A stretch of DNA of 64,000 nt, from contig CM059425.1 of assembly GCA_030390025.1 (NCBI GenBank), positions 169,014,001 to 169,078,000 on the forward strand, read 5' to 3'. This document shows positions 37,497-51,651 of the stretch, piece after piece. Under the pieces are notes generated by a model. It saw only the letters and a list, made by a program, of their open reading frames with translations. It was not told the origin of the DNA and did no database searches. A program made the position numbers and the translations under genes. The stretch is from Squalus acanthias (taxonomy: Eukaryota). Position 1 is the first letter of the stretch; each line of letters opens with the position of its first letter.

Positions 37497-40020
37497 GGCC
37501 GGAATTTTCCCTACCTGGGCGGGTCGCAAGCCCATTGCTGGTTCCATCCCGCTCCACAAAACGACTGTCAATGGGGCCTATTAAGGCCGGCCTGCGCGTT
37601 ACCCGACCCAATTAAATGGTGCGGGTCTGCTGACATCATCCATGACGTGTTTTCAGCTGGAATATTTAAAGGGGCCATGGCCACATTACATTTGAAGGTG
37701 TTAATCTAAAATAGTGCAGTCAGTGCACTACAGCATTGGAGTGCTGCAAACACTTTGGAAATTACTGCACAGAGACAGAGGGCTGTACCCAGGTTCTCCG
37801 ATGACTACCTCCATATGCTTGTGGAGGGAGTCAGAGCATGCAGGGAGGTCCTCTTCCCTTCCAATGGGCGGAAGAGACCTCCCCAGGAGACTGAAACAGC
37901 CTGGTTGGAGATTGCAGAGGATGTTAACAGCAGGGATGTGGTCAGGAGGACCTGGGTGCAGTGCCGCAAATGTTTCAATGATCTCATTAGATCAGGAAAC
38001 ACGAGTGCAAAGCCACACTTAACTGCATCCTGCTGTGCCTCTCATCACATCCCCATCACTCTGCCTTCCCAACCCTACTCCTGCACATCCTTACTCACAC
38101 CAACATACCTTGCACGTCCACCCATCCCCCTCTCTATCTACATTATCACATCCCCATCTGACTAACCACCCCTCACACTCACCCTCATCCTAGTGCAATC
38201 ATACCAACTAACAACACACAAGGAGGCCACTTGGCTTTGGCACCCCACTCCATCCTTACACTCATTCCATCACTCTCACTCAACCTTCTCTTCTTTCCCT
38301 CCATCATGGTCATCATGTGCATAATGGTATCTGTACCCATTCTTTATATGATATATCTAACTCATCTCTTTACTCTCCCACAGGTCCATCAAGAGCCCCC
38401 CCCCCCCCCACACTGTCCAGGAGGAAGATGACTCCTCAGAGGAGCCTCCAGCCTCTGAGGGCACAGCGTCACCAGACATAAGCGCATCCAGCCATAAACG
38501 CATCCAGCACCAGCACAGATACGCACACCTGGGTGGGTCCCATGCGAGATAGAGTAGTGTTGTCACCTGGTGACTCACAACTCACAAGTGAGCAAGAGCA
38601 GATGGTGGAGACAGGGACAGCAGTGGAGTGTCCTTGCCGCAGGACGCTACTAGCTCTGCTCAGCTACATGCAGACGTTGAGCCTCGGGGGCCATCCAGAA
38701 ATAGGGTGATCCTGGAGGTGCAGGAAGAAGTGCAGGGGGCTCTGACAGGTTTTGCGAACACGATGTCTGCAAATGTTCAGAGAATGGAGGAGTCCATCTT
38801 CAACATGAGCACCACCATGTCACAGGCAATGGTGACTGGAGGCTCTTCCATGGATAGGATGGTCACCTGCATGGAGCAGCTAATGCGCCACTCTCAGGAG
38901 CACATGGTCTCTATGGAGAATAGATGGCAGAGGCTGATAGACCTCCTCTCCAGGAGGAATGTCAGCATATACGTGGGTCCTCATGGCCCCACTGATGTGC
39001 AGCAAGGTGTTCTCCAGCTCCTTGGCAGCAGGGAAGTGAGCAGGCTGACTCCACCTCTGCTGAAACCACAGGGGTAGCACCTTGTAGAAGCACACAGAAG
39101 AGAAAGATGAGACACAAGTAGATTCACAAGGGTAGCCACTTGGGTGTTTTATCCAATGTTTATGTAAAGTTTCCGTTAATGTGCTGTCAAACATAAAAAT
39201 CTTTATTTTCAACACTTTCCGGTCTTGGACAGATCTGTGTGCACCTTTGGAAGTGCCTTAGTGAGTTGCAGTGAATGGTGAGACATAACAGTACCTCCGG
39301 CAATGGTGGTGAGTGAAAGGAATAGCTTGGTCATTGTAGGGATGCTTTATGGTGTTGGTGTGGGGTGGTGCCAACCTGGTGCATCATGTGGCAGCCATAT
39401 GGGTGTACAGCGTAAAGTTAAGTAAATCTGGCCATGATGAGTCCATCCCTGGCCTCCCGGGCAGCAATGTGCTCGGGTGCTGATGCCCTCAGTCCTGTGT
39501 AGCATCAGGTGATTGCAGAGAAGGTTGCTGCTGCTGGTGTTGGGGCTCATCGTGGTCAGATTATGAGGACCAATGTGAGACAGTATAAACGGCACCCATG
39601 TTGCTGGAATAGATGGCAGGTGAAGTAGAGATGACAGAAGCAATCTGTCAATGGTGAGAGGGGTTCTTCCAATGAGGTGACACTGGATGGAGACTTTGCT
39701 GGAAAGACTTGCAGCCTGCAGAAAGCTCAATCTCTGCTGGGAATGCAGTCAGCAACAGCTTCTGTCTGAGGAAAGTAATCAGCTGTCAGGTGGGAGCTTT
39801 TATACTACATTTGATGCCGTCAACTAATCAGCTGGATCAATGGCCATTCAACTCCCGCCTCAGGTTGACACGTGGTTCCTGAGCAGCGTGAGTCCCGTGG
39901 GCATCCAGTGAAATTCGAAAGGTAAGGCTAAAAAGACTCTTAAAGGTCTGACAACAAGCTAATAATCCTTTAAATTGGGTCACCCGCCTCTGCCATTTGA
40001 GTCACTGCTGCTCCGGCAAA
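37497..40020. mobile_element. Harbinger element, relative of the 60416 element, with Myb gene (+) and heavily deleted transposase (-)
   Basis: Begins AAT|GGCCGGAATTTTCC. 37755-37995 encodes PRFSDDYLHMLVEGV..WLEIAEDV..RTWVQCRKCFNDL. Shares blocks with 61590-62220. Right end unclear. Confidence 0.8.
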
Positions 40021-40182
40021 CGCAAAATGTTTTAGATTGTCTCAAACCTACAATAAGATTTCCTATTAATGAGATATTTTCACATTCAACTCAACTGTGA
40101 AGTATTCCATTTCAATGTAAGATACCACTTCAATTTGTGTATTTGAAGGGAAAACGATGCTTCTGGAAAACTAGCACAGACA

Positions 40183-40277
40183 GCCATACACCACGCCCGC
40201 ACCCATACACCACACACTCACCCATACACCATGCCCGCACCCATACACCACACACTCACCCATACACCACACACACA
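40183..40277. repeat. ~19-bp C/A-rich minisatellite
   Basis: Repeated ACCCATACACCAC(AC/GC)C units. Confidence 0.85.
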
Positions 40278-40814
40278 GTCCCCTCATTCAGAATTAACTA
40301 ATTTTTATCACTTCCAGAAGGGAAAAAAAACTCAAAAGAATTAACTAACCCACTAATTTGAGTATAAAGTCTTTTATTTTACCAGCCAAGGACAACTATA
40401 ATTACAATTGCAGAATACTAGATAACAGAGGATCTTCACAAAGCTAACTATACTTCCACTTTCTGTGGGCTCACTGGCAAGACTGGGTCAAATTACACAT
40501 TCCAGACAAACTGTTGCGTGTGTCTTGACCGCCAAGGGGACCAATCAGAAATCTGGTCCCACCCACTGGTGTTGCAAATAGACGCAGCCAGTATTTATTG
40601 AACTGCCCTAAATAGTCGGCACAATTAATAAGTTATAACCGACACCTTGGTAATTGAGCCTATGGTAATGTCAGATGGTTAGGGCCATTTGCCTGATATA
40701 GGCGGCTGCCTGTGATAAGCATGAGCGGTGTAAGTGAGGGAAACTGCAGTTGTGGAAAAGGAATTGGTTCAGAAAAATGTTAGCCGATGCAAGGTGGATA
40801 AGTAACTGGACCAT

Positions 40815-41085
40815 GAAAGAAAGACTTGCATTTATATAGCGCCTTTCACGACCACTGGACGTCTCAAAGCGCTTTACAGCCAATGAAGTACTTTTCGAGT
40901 GTAGTCACTGTTGTAATGTGGGAAATGCGGCAGCCAATTGGCGCACAGCAAGCTCCCACAAACAGCAATGTGATAATGACCAGATAATCTGTTTTTGTTA
41001 TGTTGTTTGAGGGATAAATATTGGCCAGGACACCGGGGATAACTCCCCTGCTCTTCTTCGAAATAGTGCCATGGGATCTTTTACA
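40815..41085 (-). mobile_element. SacSINE1-like SINE, 3' half
   Basis: Reverse complement of the body and tail at 7850-8100. Confidence 0.85.
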
Positions 41086-41699
41086 GAAGAACGGGTTTCC
41101 CTCAGATCCTGCCGAATTTAACGGCAGAACCTGATTAACATTTTTATCTTCATTTCCCAGCCGTAGCAGTCAGTTTGAGAGGCTGTTGGGCGGGTAGGCC
41201 TTTGGCACCAGCCCGCAGCCGGGAAGCGGAGAGATGGGAGGGTGGCATCGGAAAGGCTGGGGAGGGCGGTGAATACAGTATTACAGGGACAAATTGCTGG
41301 GGACGGTTTGAAGGGCTGTATTACAATGGTATAACTTAGACCTGCAAAGCTACTGATACCCTCCAGTCTATTATTTTTATTTGAAAGATTTCAAATTAAA
41401 AATATTTTTTTAATTCCCGCTTTGCCCAGTAAAATCAATCGGCTTTTAAGATTTACCACCCAACACACACGACCCATAGGAACGCTGGACACCAGGATAC
41501 GTTCCTGTGGCCAATGTTGCTGAAGTGCAAATGACGAGAATATGTTATATCACGCCATCTCATTACATTACACCCAACATTATATCCGGCAGAAAATTCT
41601 GGAAGTGGCATTGGTTTGTCAACCTGTACCCTCCATAACTGTCCAATACCCGTGGTCCTGCAAAGCTGCTCCACTTACCTTTCTGAAATCCCTGTGCCA

Positions 41700-42692
41700 C
41701 TGTCTTGTACTGGAGCATTGATCAATAGCAACTGGGCAGGTACTCACCTGGTTATGGACTCTCCACCCACCCCGGCCTCTTTGCAGCCATAATGATGCAG
41801 CAGCCCATTAGTTCCATTGACTTATGCTCATGTGGGGTTAGACAGCGGAGGTTTGGGATCACCACCCCCACCCGCTTCCCCCCCCCCCCCCTTTGCCTGC
41901 TCATGGGCATTATGCACATTCTTGCCCTACTAAAACAACAATGAAAAAAATTAGGCTTGTGCTTTAAGTGTGTGGAGTAATTGAAGGGGCTACTGGTCTG
42001 CATCTTTCAGTTGAGTCTCGCCACCAGGCACTAATCGTGAGTTTAGCGGCCACGTTGAGCACGGGAGAACATTATGACATTGTGACTTTCTTACCTTCGC
42101 TGCTCTAGTTAAATCGTTGAACTTCTTTCGGCACTGCTCCACTGTCCTGGACATGATTGACATGTCACTGAGTCTCTGCAACATCAGCCATGCCCGCCTC
42201 CTCACTGCACGTGAGGGCTAGGATGTTGAGGAGCTGATCAGCTGCTGGTGCCTCCCTTCCACCTCATCCAAGAGGGCATGAAAATTTTAATCAGCAATGC
42301 TGAAAGCCCTCTTCATGGCAGCCTTCTCCTGTCAATCAGTCATCTGTGAGGAGGGAAAAGTTTGAGACAATTCAGACTCTACAGAGCAATTTAAATTAAT
42401 TAATTAAAAGATCTGCAGGACAGAGACCTGCATGCTTCTTACCTTGCACTCCCCAGTCTCATGGAAGGAAAAAATGTTTTATTTGACTTTTATAGTCCAC
42501 CACCCTCACAGCTTGAGCCCTATTGACTTTGTTCCAACTACGTTTCAACCATGTGTTGAGCGGATTTACGGCTACTTTTATGCTCGGGTGTATTCTGATT
42601 AGATTGCGAGGAAACATGGGCGCAATTTGACATCTGCAAAATGGTCGCAATTTTGGGCACAATTTGCCAGTTGTGCCCACAAACTCCAGGCC
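41700..42692 (-). mobile_element. Harbinger fragment carrying Myb/SANT exon 1
   Basis: Minus strand reads RRRAWLMLQ...RTVEQCRKKFNDLTRAAK followed by a GTAAGA donor. Terminus reverse-complements to GGCCTGGAGTTT at 42692. Left boundary approximate. Confidence 0.7.
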
Positions 42693-43886
42693 GCTATCGC
42701 CATGAAAAACAAGCAGCACAATTGAGACTGGATCCAGTCATGTTACTGATCACTTTGATCAATGTATAATAGCAGTGAAATTAGAAATATCCCCAAAATT
42801 TAAGAAAATAGCAAAAGTGACAAAGGAGTTACTAAATTGTATATACATCAATGTCTGTAGTGTAACTAATAAGTTTGGTGAGCTGAAGGCACAAGTTGCC
42901 ACATGGGATTATGATGTAGTTGTATTAACAGAGACATGGCTCAAACAAGGCCAGGAATGGGTTCTTAATATTCCTGTTTACCAAGTATTCAGGAATGACA
43001 GAGAAGGAAAAAGAGGAGGGGCATGGCAGTGCTGATTAGGGATGATACGGTTCTAAGTAGAAAGGATATGTGAGATGGTTCTAGGATTGACTCTATTTGG
43101 CTTGAATTAAGGAACAGAGTTGTTGGGAGTTTTTCCACAGAGCTCCAAACAGTGAGAAGGAGATAGATGAGCAAATTTGTTGGCAAATTTCAATGGTGTG
43201 TAACAAAAATAGAGTAGTAGTATTAGGAGACTTTAATTACCCTAATATAGACTGGGAAAAACATTGGGCTAAGGGTAGGTTGAGGAATTTCTGATGTGTA
43301 CAGGAGAACTTTCTCGATCAGTATATCTCCAGACCAACAAGGAAGGAAGCAGTGTTGGATCTGGTTCTGGGAAATGAAGTAGGGCAAGTGGAGTGTGTTA
43401 ACAGTAGCAGATCATCTAACTAACAGCGACCACAACATAATTCAGTTTAGAGTAATTATGGAAAGAGACCAGAAAATATCGAAGGTAAAAATGCTCAACT
43501 GGGGAAGAGCTAATTTCAGTGATTTAAGAAGGGACCTAGCACAGGTAGATTGGAAAAGGCAATTGCAGGGTAAAGCAGTAACGGAACAATGGAAGGTATT
43601 CAGGGAAGAGAGAGTTCAGGTACAAACTAGGCACATTACTTTGAAGGGAAAAGGTAGAGCATCCAAAGCTAATGCGCCCTGGATGACAAAGGAAATAAAA
43701 GTTAAAATAAAACAGAAAAAGAAGGCTTATGACAAATGTCGGGAGCAAGATTCAGTTAATAAACAGGAAGATAAAGGAAAGTACAGGAGGGAACTGAAAA
43801 AAATAATATGGGATGCAAAGAGAGATTATGAGAAAAGATTATCATGAAGCATTAAAGTGAACCCTAAAACATTTTATAAACATGTA

Positions 43887-46800
43887 GGGGGTAATTTTGG
43901 TGAACGGGTGAAAACAGGTGTTAAGTGGGTGCTGTGCTAATAAGATACACCTGTTTGAAAGTCTGGTTTTAGCACGCAATTTTGGTCCTATTTGCTGATT
44001 ACCAAAATTTGAACTTGCCTGGAAGTGCTAAAACAGACACCTGCAGGTTGAGCACTCAAGCGCTGATTAGACACAATTTTTGTCGAGCAGTATACGTGGG
44101 CTCCTCACACCCACTTCCACTGAAGGTGTGGAGTGTGCTAGCTGACACGCAGCGCCAGGTTCCGGGATGGCTCAGGGACTGAGTGAGAGGGCGCACAGGT
44201 TCTCGGACCCGGCACTGGAGGTCCTGGTGGAGGAGGTCCAGAGGAGAGGGGATGTCCTGTACCTGCAAGTGGAAAGGAGTTCACCTCTCCCTCCTGTCCC
44301 TCTCTCCTGCAGCAGCTGGTGCTGCTCTGCCAGGCCTCATGTCCTCCTCCCATTCCTCCTGTAAACCAAGAGGGAACCCGAGCAAGATGCCGGTGACCAA
44401 GCACACCCTTTCTCCTGGTGACTCCTATAAGGTGTCCAAAAAGGTAGAGTATCACAACACTCACTTTAGGTAAAGTCCTCAGAAAATTTCTGGAATAAAT
44501 GTTGCTCGAGTGTTGAAGTCTTGAGAAAGTGTCCCAGAAGGTCTCCCAATATATCTTTTAAAAGTCCTCTTCAAACCTCCAGCAGCAATTGAACAGTAAA
44601 AGGTGATATACCTTTAAGTAGTGCTCAAAATCCTCAGCAACAACTTGTTCACTCCCAATCAGCTGGTTGCTGTTAGGAGAGAACGGTAGGTCAAGGGCTA
44701 TCCACCAAAATGCTATGCAGCCTCGTTAATGAGAACGAGCAGGTAATTTAAATGGCAATCAGCACCTTAATGATCCTCCAGGTAGATGTTCCTAGCGCGT
44801 GCTTCAACTCCTTTACAAAGATGGTGTCTTGCGCTAAACGCAGGCTAAACTGGCGTTTCAGCTCAAGACCCCATCTTGGCCACATAGAAACATAGAAGAT
44901 AGGAGCAGGAGTAGGCCATTCGGCCTCTCGATCTGTTCCGCCATTTAATGAGATCATGGCTGATCATCCAAATTCAGTACCCTGTCCCTGCTTTCTCCCC
45001 ATATCCCTTGATCCCTTTAGCCTTAAGAAATATATCTAACTCCTTCTTGAATATATTTAATGAATTGGCCTCAACTGCCTTGTGTGGTAGAGAATTCTCT
45101 GGGTGAAGAAATTCCTCCTCATCTCAGTCCTAAATGGCTTACCCCTTATCCTTAGACTGTGACCCCTGGTTCTGGACTCCCCCGCCATCGGGAACATCCT
45201 GCATCTAGTCTGTCTCGTCCTGTTAGAATTTTATAAGTTTCAATGAGATCCCCTCTCATTCTTCTAAACTCTAGCGAATATAAGCCTAATCGACCCAATC
45301 TCTCCTCCTAAGTCATTCCTGCCATCCCAGGTATCAGTCTGGTGAATCTTTGCTGCACTCCATCCATGGCAAGAACATCCTTCCTCAATAAGGCGACCAA
45401 AACTGCACACAATACTCAAGGTGTGGTCTCACCAAGGCCCTGTACAACTGCAGCAAGACATCCTTGCTCTTGTACTCGAATCCTCTCGCTATGAAGGCCA
45501 ACATACCATTTGCCTTCCTAACCGCCTGCTGCACCTGCATGCTTACCCACAGTGACTGGTGCACAAGGACACCTAGGTCTCGTTGCACTTCCCCTTTTCC
45601 CAATCTATTGCCGTTCAGATAATAATCTGTCTTCCTGTTTTTGCCACCGAAGTGGATAACCTCGCATTTATCCACATTATACTGCATTTGCCATGCATCT
45701 GCCCAATCACCCAACCTGTCCAAATCATACTGGAGTTTCTCTGCATCCTCCTCACAGCACACACGCCCACCCAGCTTTGTGTCGTCTGCAAACTTGGAGA
45801 TATTACATCTAGTTCCCTCGTCTAGATCATTTATATATTTATATATATTATATATATATATATATTTGTGAATAGCTGGGGTCCTAGCACTGATCCCTGC
45901 GGTACCCCACTAGTCACTGCCTGCCACTCGGAAAAACACGTTTATTCCAACTCTTTGCTTCCTGTCTGCCAACCAGTTCTCTATCCAAGACAGTACCTTA
46001 CCCCCAATCCCATGTGCTTTAATTTTGCACGCTAATCTCTTATGCCGGACCTTATCGAAAGCCTTCTGAAAGTCCAAATACACCACATCCACTGGTTCTC
46101 CCTTAGCTATTCTACCAGTTACATCCTCAAAAAATTCCAGTAGATTAGTCAAGCATGATTTACCTTTTGTAAATCCATGTTGACTTTGTCCGATCCTGTC
46201 ACTGTTTGCCAAGTGCTCTGCTATTACATCTTTTATAATGGACTCTAGCATTTTCCCCACTACCGATGTCAGGCTTACCGGTCTATAATTCCCTGTTTTC
46301 TCTCTACCACCTTTTTTAAATAGTGGGGTTACATTAGCTATCCTCCAATCCATGGGAACTGTTCCAGAGTCTATAGAATTTTGGAAGATGACCAGCAATG
46401 CATCTACTATTTCTAGGGCCACTTCCTTAAGTACCCTTGGATGTAGATTATCAGGCCCTGGGGATTTATCGGCCTTCAATCCCGTCAATTTCCCTAACAC
46501 CATTTCCCTACAAATACTGATTTCATTCAATTCCTCCCTCTCATTAGACCCTATGTTCCCCGACATCTCTGGGAGGTTATTTGTGTCCTCCTTTGTGAAG
46601 ACAGAACCAAAGTATGTATTTAATTGGTCTTCCATTTCTTTGTTCCCCATTATAAATTCCCCTGATTCTGACCAAGGGACCTACGCTTGACTTCACCAAT
46701 CTTTTTCTCTTCACATATCTATAGAAGCTTTTACAGTCAGTTTTTATGTTCCCTGCAAGCTTACTCTCATAATCTATTTCCCCCCTCTTAATTAATCCTT

Positions 46801-48045
46801 TTGTCCTCCTTTGCTGAATCCTAAACTGCTCCCAATCCTCAGGTTTGCTGCTTTTTCTGGCCAAATTATATGTCATCTCCTTGGATCTTATGCTATCCCT
46901 AATTTCCCTTTTTAGCCACGGTTGAGTCACCTTTTTTGTTTTATTTTTATGCCAAACAGGGATGAACAAATTCTGTAGTTCATCCATGCGATCTTTAAAA
47001 GTTTGCCATTGCCTATCCACCGTCAACCCTTTAAGTAATGTTCCCCAATCCATCCTAGCCAACTCGTGCCTCATACCATCGTAGTTTCCTTTATTTAAAT
47101 TCAGGACCCTAGTCTCTGAGTCAACTACTTAGAATTCTTAATTAAAATGGAGAGTTAACATATTATGATCACTCCTCCCCAAGGGGCCTCGCACAACAAG
47201 ATTGCTAATTAATCCTTTCTCATTACATAATACCCAGTCTAAGATGGCCTGATCTCTAGTTGGTTCCTCGACATATTGGTCCAGGAAACCATCCTGTATA
47301 CACTCTAGGAATTCCTCCTCCACAGTACTGTTACTAATTTGGTTAGCCCAATCTATATGTAGATTAAAGTCACCCATGATAACTGCTGTGCCCTTATTGC
47401 ACGCTTCTCTAATTTCCCGTTTAATGCCATCCCCAACCTCAGCATTACTGTTTGGGGGTCTGTATACAACTCCCACTAATGTTTTCTGCCCCTTGGTATT
47501 TCTCCGCTCTGCCCATACAGATTCCACATCATCAGAGCTAATATCCTTCCTTACTATTGTGTTAATCTCCTCTTTAACTAGCAATGCTACCCCACCTCCT
47601 TTTCCTTTTTTGCTGTCCTTCCTGAATATTGAATACCCCTGGATGTTGAATTCCCAGTCTTGGTCACCCTGGAGCCATGTCTCCGTAATACCAATTATAT
47701 CATATCCGTTTACATCTATTTGCGCAGCTAATTCATCCACCTTATTACGAATGCTCCTCGCATTAAGACACAAAGCCTTCAGGCTTGATTTTCTAACACT
47801 CTTAGTCCTTTTAGAATCATTATTTACTGTGGCCCTGTTTGATTTACACCCTTAATTTCTCTGCCTTCCACTTTTGCTTTTCTCCTTCCTGTCTTTTGTT
47901 TTTATCCTTGCTTCCCTTTCCTCTATCTCCATGCACAGGTTCCCAACCCCCTGCCATTTTAGTTTAAACCCTCCCCAACAGCACTAGCAAACACGCCACC
48001 TCGGAGACTTGTTAGCGCCTGAAGAAGCCATTGAAAATCGTCCCC
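43887..48045. mobile_element. Internally deleted Harbinger element, interrupted by a CR1
   Basis: TIRs GGGGGTAATTTT / AAAATCGTCCCC; flanks GTA / ATA. Myb start MAQGLSERAHRFSDPALEVLVEEV at 44167. Confidence 0.82.
44882..47992 (-). mobile_element. CR1 LINE (end of ORF1 through 3' tail), relatively well preserved
   Basis: ORFs 47138-47773 (endonuclease), 45910-46650 and 45385-45762 (RT); TTTCTATG-type tail; (TA)n at 45831-45866. Confidence 0.95.
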
Positions 48046-49119
48046 ATAAAGTGTAAGACGTTAGCTAGGGAAAAAGTTAGGCCTATTAAAGACCCAAACG
48101 GAAATCTTCATGTCGAGGCAGAGGACATGGTTAAAGTATTAAATGAGTACTTTGCATCTGTCTCCACAAAGGAAGCGGATGATATGAAGGTTACACTAAA
48201 GAGGAGTGGGAAGTTATGGACAGGATAGTAATAGATAGAGAAGACGTACTAAAAAGATTAGCATTACTGAAAGTTGGTAAGTTACTTGGTCAGGTTGGAA
48301 TGCATCCGAGCTTGCTGAGAGAAGCAAAGGTAGAAATAGTAGAGGCAATGGTCACATTCTTCCAATCCTCATTAGATACAGGAGTAGTGCCGTAGGACTG
48401 GAAGGTTGCTAATATTATACCACTATTCAAGAAAGGGGAGAGGGATAAACCAGGAAACCACAGGCCAGTCAGCCTAACATTGGTGGTGGGGAAGTTATTG
48501 GAAACCATTATGAGGGACAAAATAAACTTTCATTTGGAAAGGCATGGTGTAATCAAGCACAGCCTGCATAGATTTGTTAAAGGCAAATTGTGTCTGACTA
48601 ACCTGATTGAATTCTTTGATGAGGTAACAGCGAAAGTTGATCAAGGTAGTGCAGTAGATGTATATATGGATCTTCGGAAGGCATTCGACAAAGTGCCACA
48701 CAGGAGGCTTGTTGAAAAGATGGAATTAAGGGGAAAGTGGCGGTATGGATGTGGAATTGGCTCAGTGACAGGAAGCAGAGGGTGGTGGTGGATGGATGTT
48801 TTTCAGACTGGGAGGTGGTTTGCAGTGGTGTTCCCCAAGGGTCAGTTTTGGGTTCAGTATTCTTTGAATTTTATAAACAACCTAGACTTGGGTGTATAAA
48901 GTTTGCAGATGATACGAAACTGGACAACGTAGTAGATAGTGATGAGGACAGTTGTAGACTTCAGGATGGTTAAATGGGCAGAAGCATGGCAGATGGAGTT
49001 CAATGCGGAGAATTGTGAAGAGATGCACTTTGTAAGAACTAATATAGAAAGATTGTATACTATAAATGGCACAATTCTGAAAAGTGTAGATGAGCAGAGC
49101 GACCTTGGTGTCCATACAT

Positions 49120-51651
49120 TATACAACAAAGGCTATGGGCCCCGACGACATCCCGGCTATCGTGCTGAAGACTTGTGCTCCAGTGGGGTTCCACACTAGG
49201 TCCCTTGCTTTTTGTGGTATATATCAATGATCTAGACTTGAATATAGGGGGTATGATTAAGAAGTTTGCAGATGATTCTAAAATCGGCTGTGTGGTTGAT
49301 ACTGAAGAAGGAAGCTGTAGATTGCAGGAAGATATCAATAAATTGGTCAGGTGGGCAGTACAGTGGCAAATGGAATTCAATCCAGAGAAGTGTGAGGTAA
49401 TGCATTTGAGGAGGGCTAACAAGGAAAGGGAATACACATTAAATGGTAGGACACTGAGTAGTGTAGAGGAACAAAGGGACCTTGGAGTGCATGTCCACAG
49501 ATCCCTGAAGGTAGCAGGCCAGGTAGATAAGGTGGTTAAGAAGGCATACGGAATGCTTGCCTTTATTAGCCGTGGCATAGAATACAAGAGCAGGGGGGTT
49601 ATGCTTCAACTGTATAAAACACTAGTTAGGCCTCAGCTAGAGTATTGCATGCAATTCTGGTCACCACATTACAGGAAAGATGTGACTGCACCAGAGAGGG
49701 TACAGAGGAGATTTACAAGGATGTTGCCGGCAGTAGAGAATCTTGGCTATGAGGAAAGACTGGATAGGCTGGGTTTGTTTTCCTTGGAACAGAGGAGGCT
49801 GAGGGGAGACCTTATTGAGGTGTATAAAATTACAAGGGGCCTCGATAAAGTGGATAGAAAGGACCTATTTCCCTTAGCAGAGGGGTCAAAAACCAGGGGG
49901 CACAGATTTAAAGTAATTGGTGGAAGGTTTAGAGGGGAAATTTCTTCACCCAGAGGGTTGTGGGGGTCTGGAACTCACTGCCTGAAAGGATGGTAGAGGC
50001 AGAAACCCTAACCACATTTAAAAAGTACTTGGATGTGCACTTGGGATGCTGTAACCTGCAGGACTACGGACCAAGAGCTGGGAAGTGGGATTAGGCTGGA
50101 TAGCTCTTTGTTGGCCGGCGCGGACACGATGGACCAAAATGGCCTCCTGTGCTGTAACTTTCTATGAACTAGCCGCGCCTCTAGCCAAGTTGTTCCAGTA
50201 CAGCTACAACACTGGCATCTATCCGACAATGTGGAAAATTGCCCAGGTATGTCCTGTCCACAAAAAGCAGGACAAATCCGGCCAATTACCGCTCCATCAG
50301 TTTACTCTCAATCATCAGCAAAGTGATGGAAGGTGTCATCAACAGTGCTATCAAGCAGCACTTACTCACCAATAACCTGCTCACTGATGCACAGTTTGGG
50401 TTCCGCCAAGACCACTCGGCTCCCGACCTCATTACAGCCTTGGTCCAAACATGGACAAAGGAGCTGAATGCCAGAGGTGAGGTGAGAGTGACTGCCCTTG
50501 ACATCAAGGCAGCATTTGACCGAGTGTGGCATGAAGGAGCCCTAGTAAAACTGAAGTCAATGGGAATCAGGGGGGGGAAAACTCTCCACTGGCTGGAGTC
50601 ATACCTAGTACAAAGGAAGATGGTTGTGGTGGTTGAAGCTCAATTATCACAGCCCCAGGACATCGCTGCAGGAGTTCCTCAGGGCAGTGTCCTAGGCCCA
50701 ACCATCTTCAGCTGCTTCATCAATGACCTTCCCTCCAACATAAGGTCAGAAATGGGGATGTTTGCTGATGACTGCACAGTGTTCAGCGCCATTCACAAAT
50801 CCTCAGATAATGAAGCAGTCCATGTCCGCATGCAGCAAGACCTGGATGACATTCGGGCTTGGGCTGATAAGTGGCAAGTAACATTCGCGCTACACAAGTG
50901 CCAGGCAATGACTATCTCCAACAAGCGAGAGTCTAACCACCGCCCCTTGACATTCAACGGCATTACCATCGCCAAATCCCCCACCATCAACATCCTGGGG
51001 GTCACCATTGACCAGAAACTTAACTGGACCAGCCACATAAATACTGTGGCAACAAGAGCAGGTCAGAGGCTAGGTATTCTGCGGTGAGTGCCTCACCTGA
51101 CTCCCCAAAACCTTTCCACCATCTACAAGGCACAAGTAAGGAGTGTGATGGAATACTCTCCACTTGCCTGGATGAGTGCAGCTCCAACAACACTCAAGAA
51201 GCTTGACACCATCCAGGACAAAGCAGTCCACTTGATTGGCACCCCATCCACCACCTTAAACATTCACTCCGTCCACCACCGGCGTACTGTGGCTGCAGTG
51301 TGTACCATCTACAAGATGCACTGCAGCAACTCGCCAAGGCCTCTTCGGCAGCACCTCACAAACCCACTACCTCTTCTACCTAGAAGGACAAGGGCAGCAG
51401 ACGGCTGGGAACACCACCACCTCCAAGTCACACACCATCCTGACTTAGAAGTATATCGCTGATCCTTCATAGTCATTGGGTCAAAATCCTGGAACTCCCT
51501 CCCTAACAGCACTGTTGGGAGTACCTTCACCACACGGACTGCAGTGGTTCAAGGCGGCGGCTCACCACCACCTTCTCAAGGGCAATTAGGGATGGGCAAT
51601 AAATGCTGGCCTTGCCAATGACACCCACATCCCATAAACTAATAAAAAAAA
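49120..51651 (+). mobile_element. Family B LINE, interrupted by a CR1
   Basis: KAMGPDDIPAIVLKTCAP|ELAAPLAKLFQ joins across the insertion. RT ORF 50239-51087; tail with A-run. Confidence 0.92.
49184..50166 (+). mobile_element. CR1 3' fragment
   Basis: ORF 49175-49996 with YINDL and KFADD; ends TTTCTATG. Confidence 0.93.

Noticed and set aside
49175..51087. Long RT ORFs as functional genes
   Set aside because: Truncated, frameshifted LINE fragments lacking an endonuclease and a start context.
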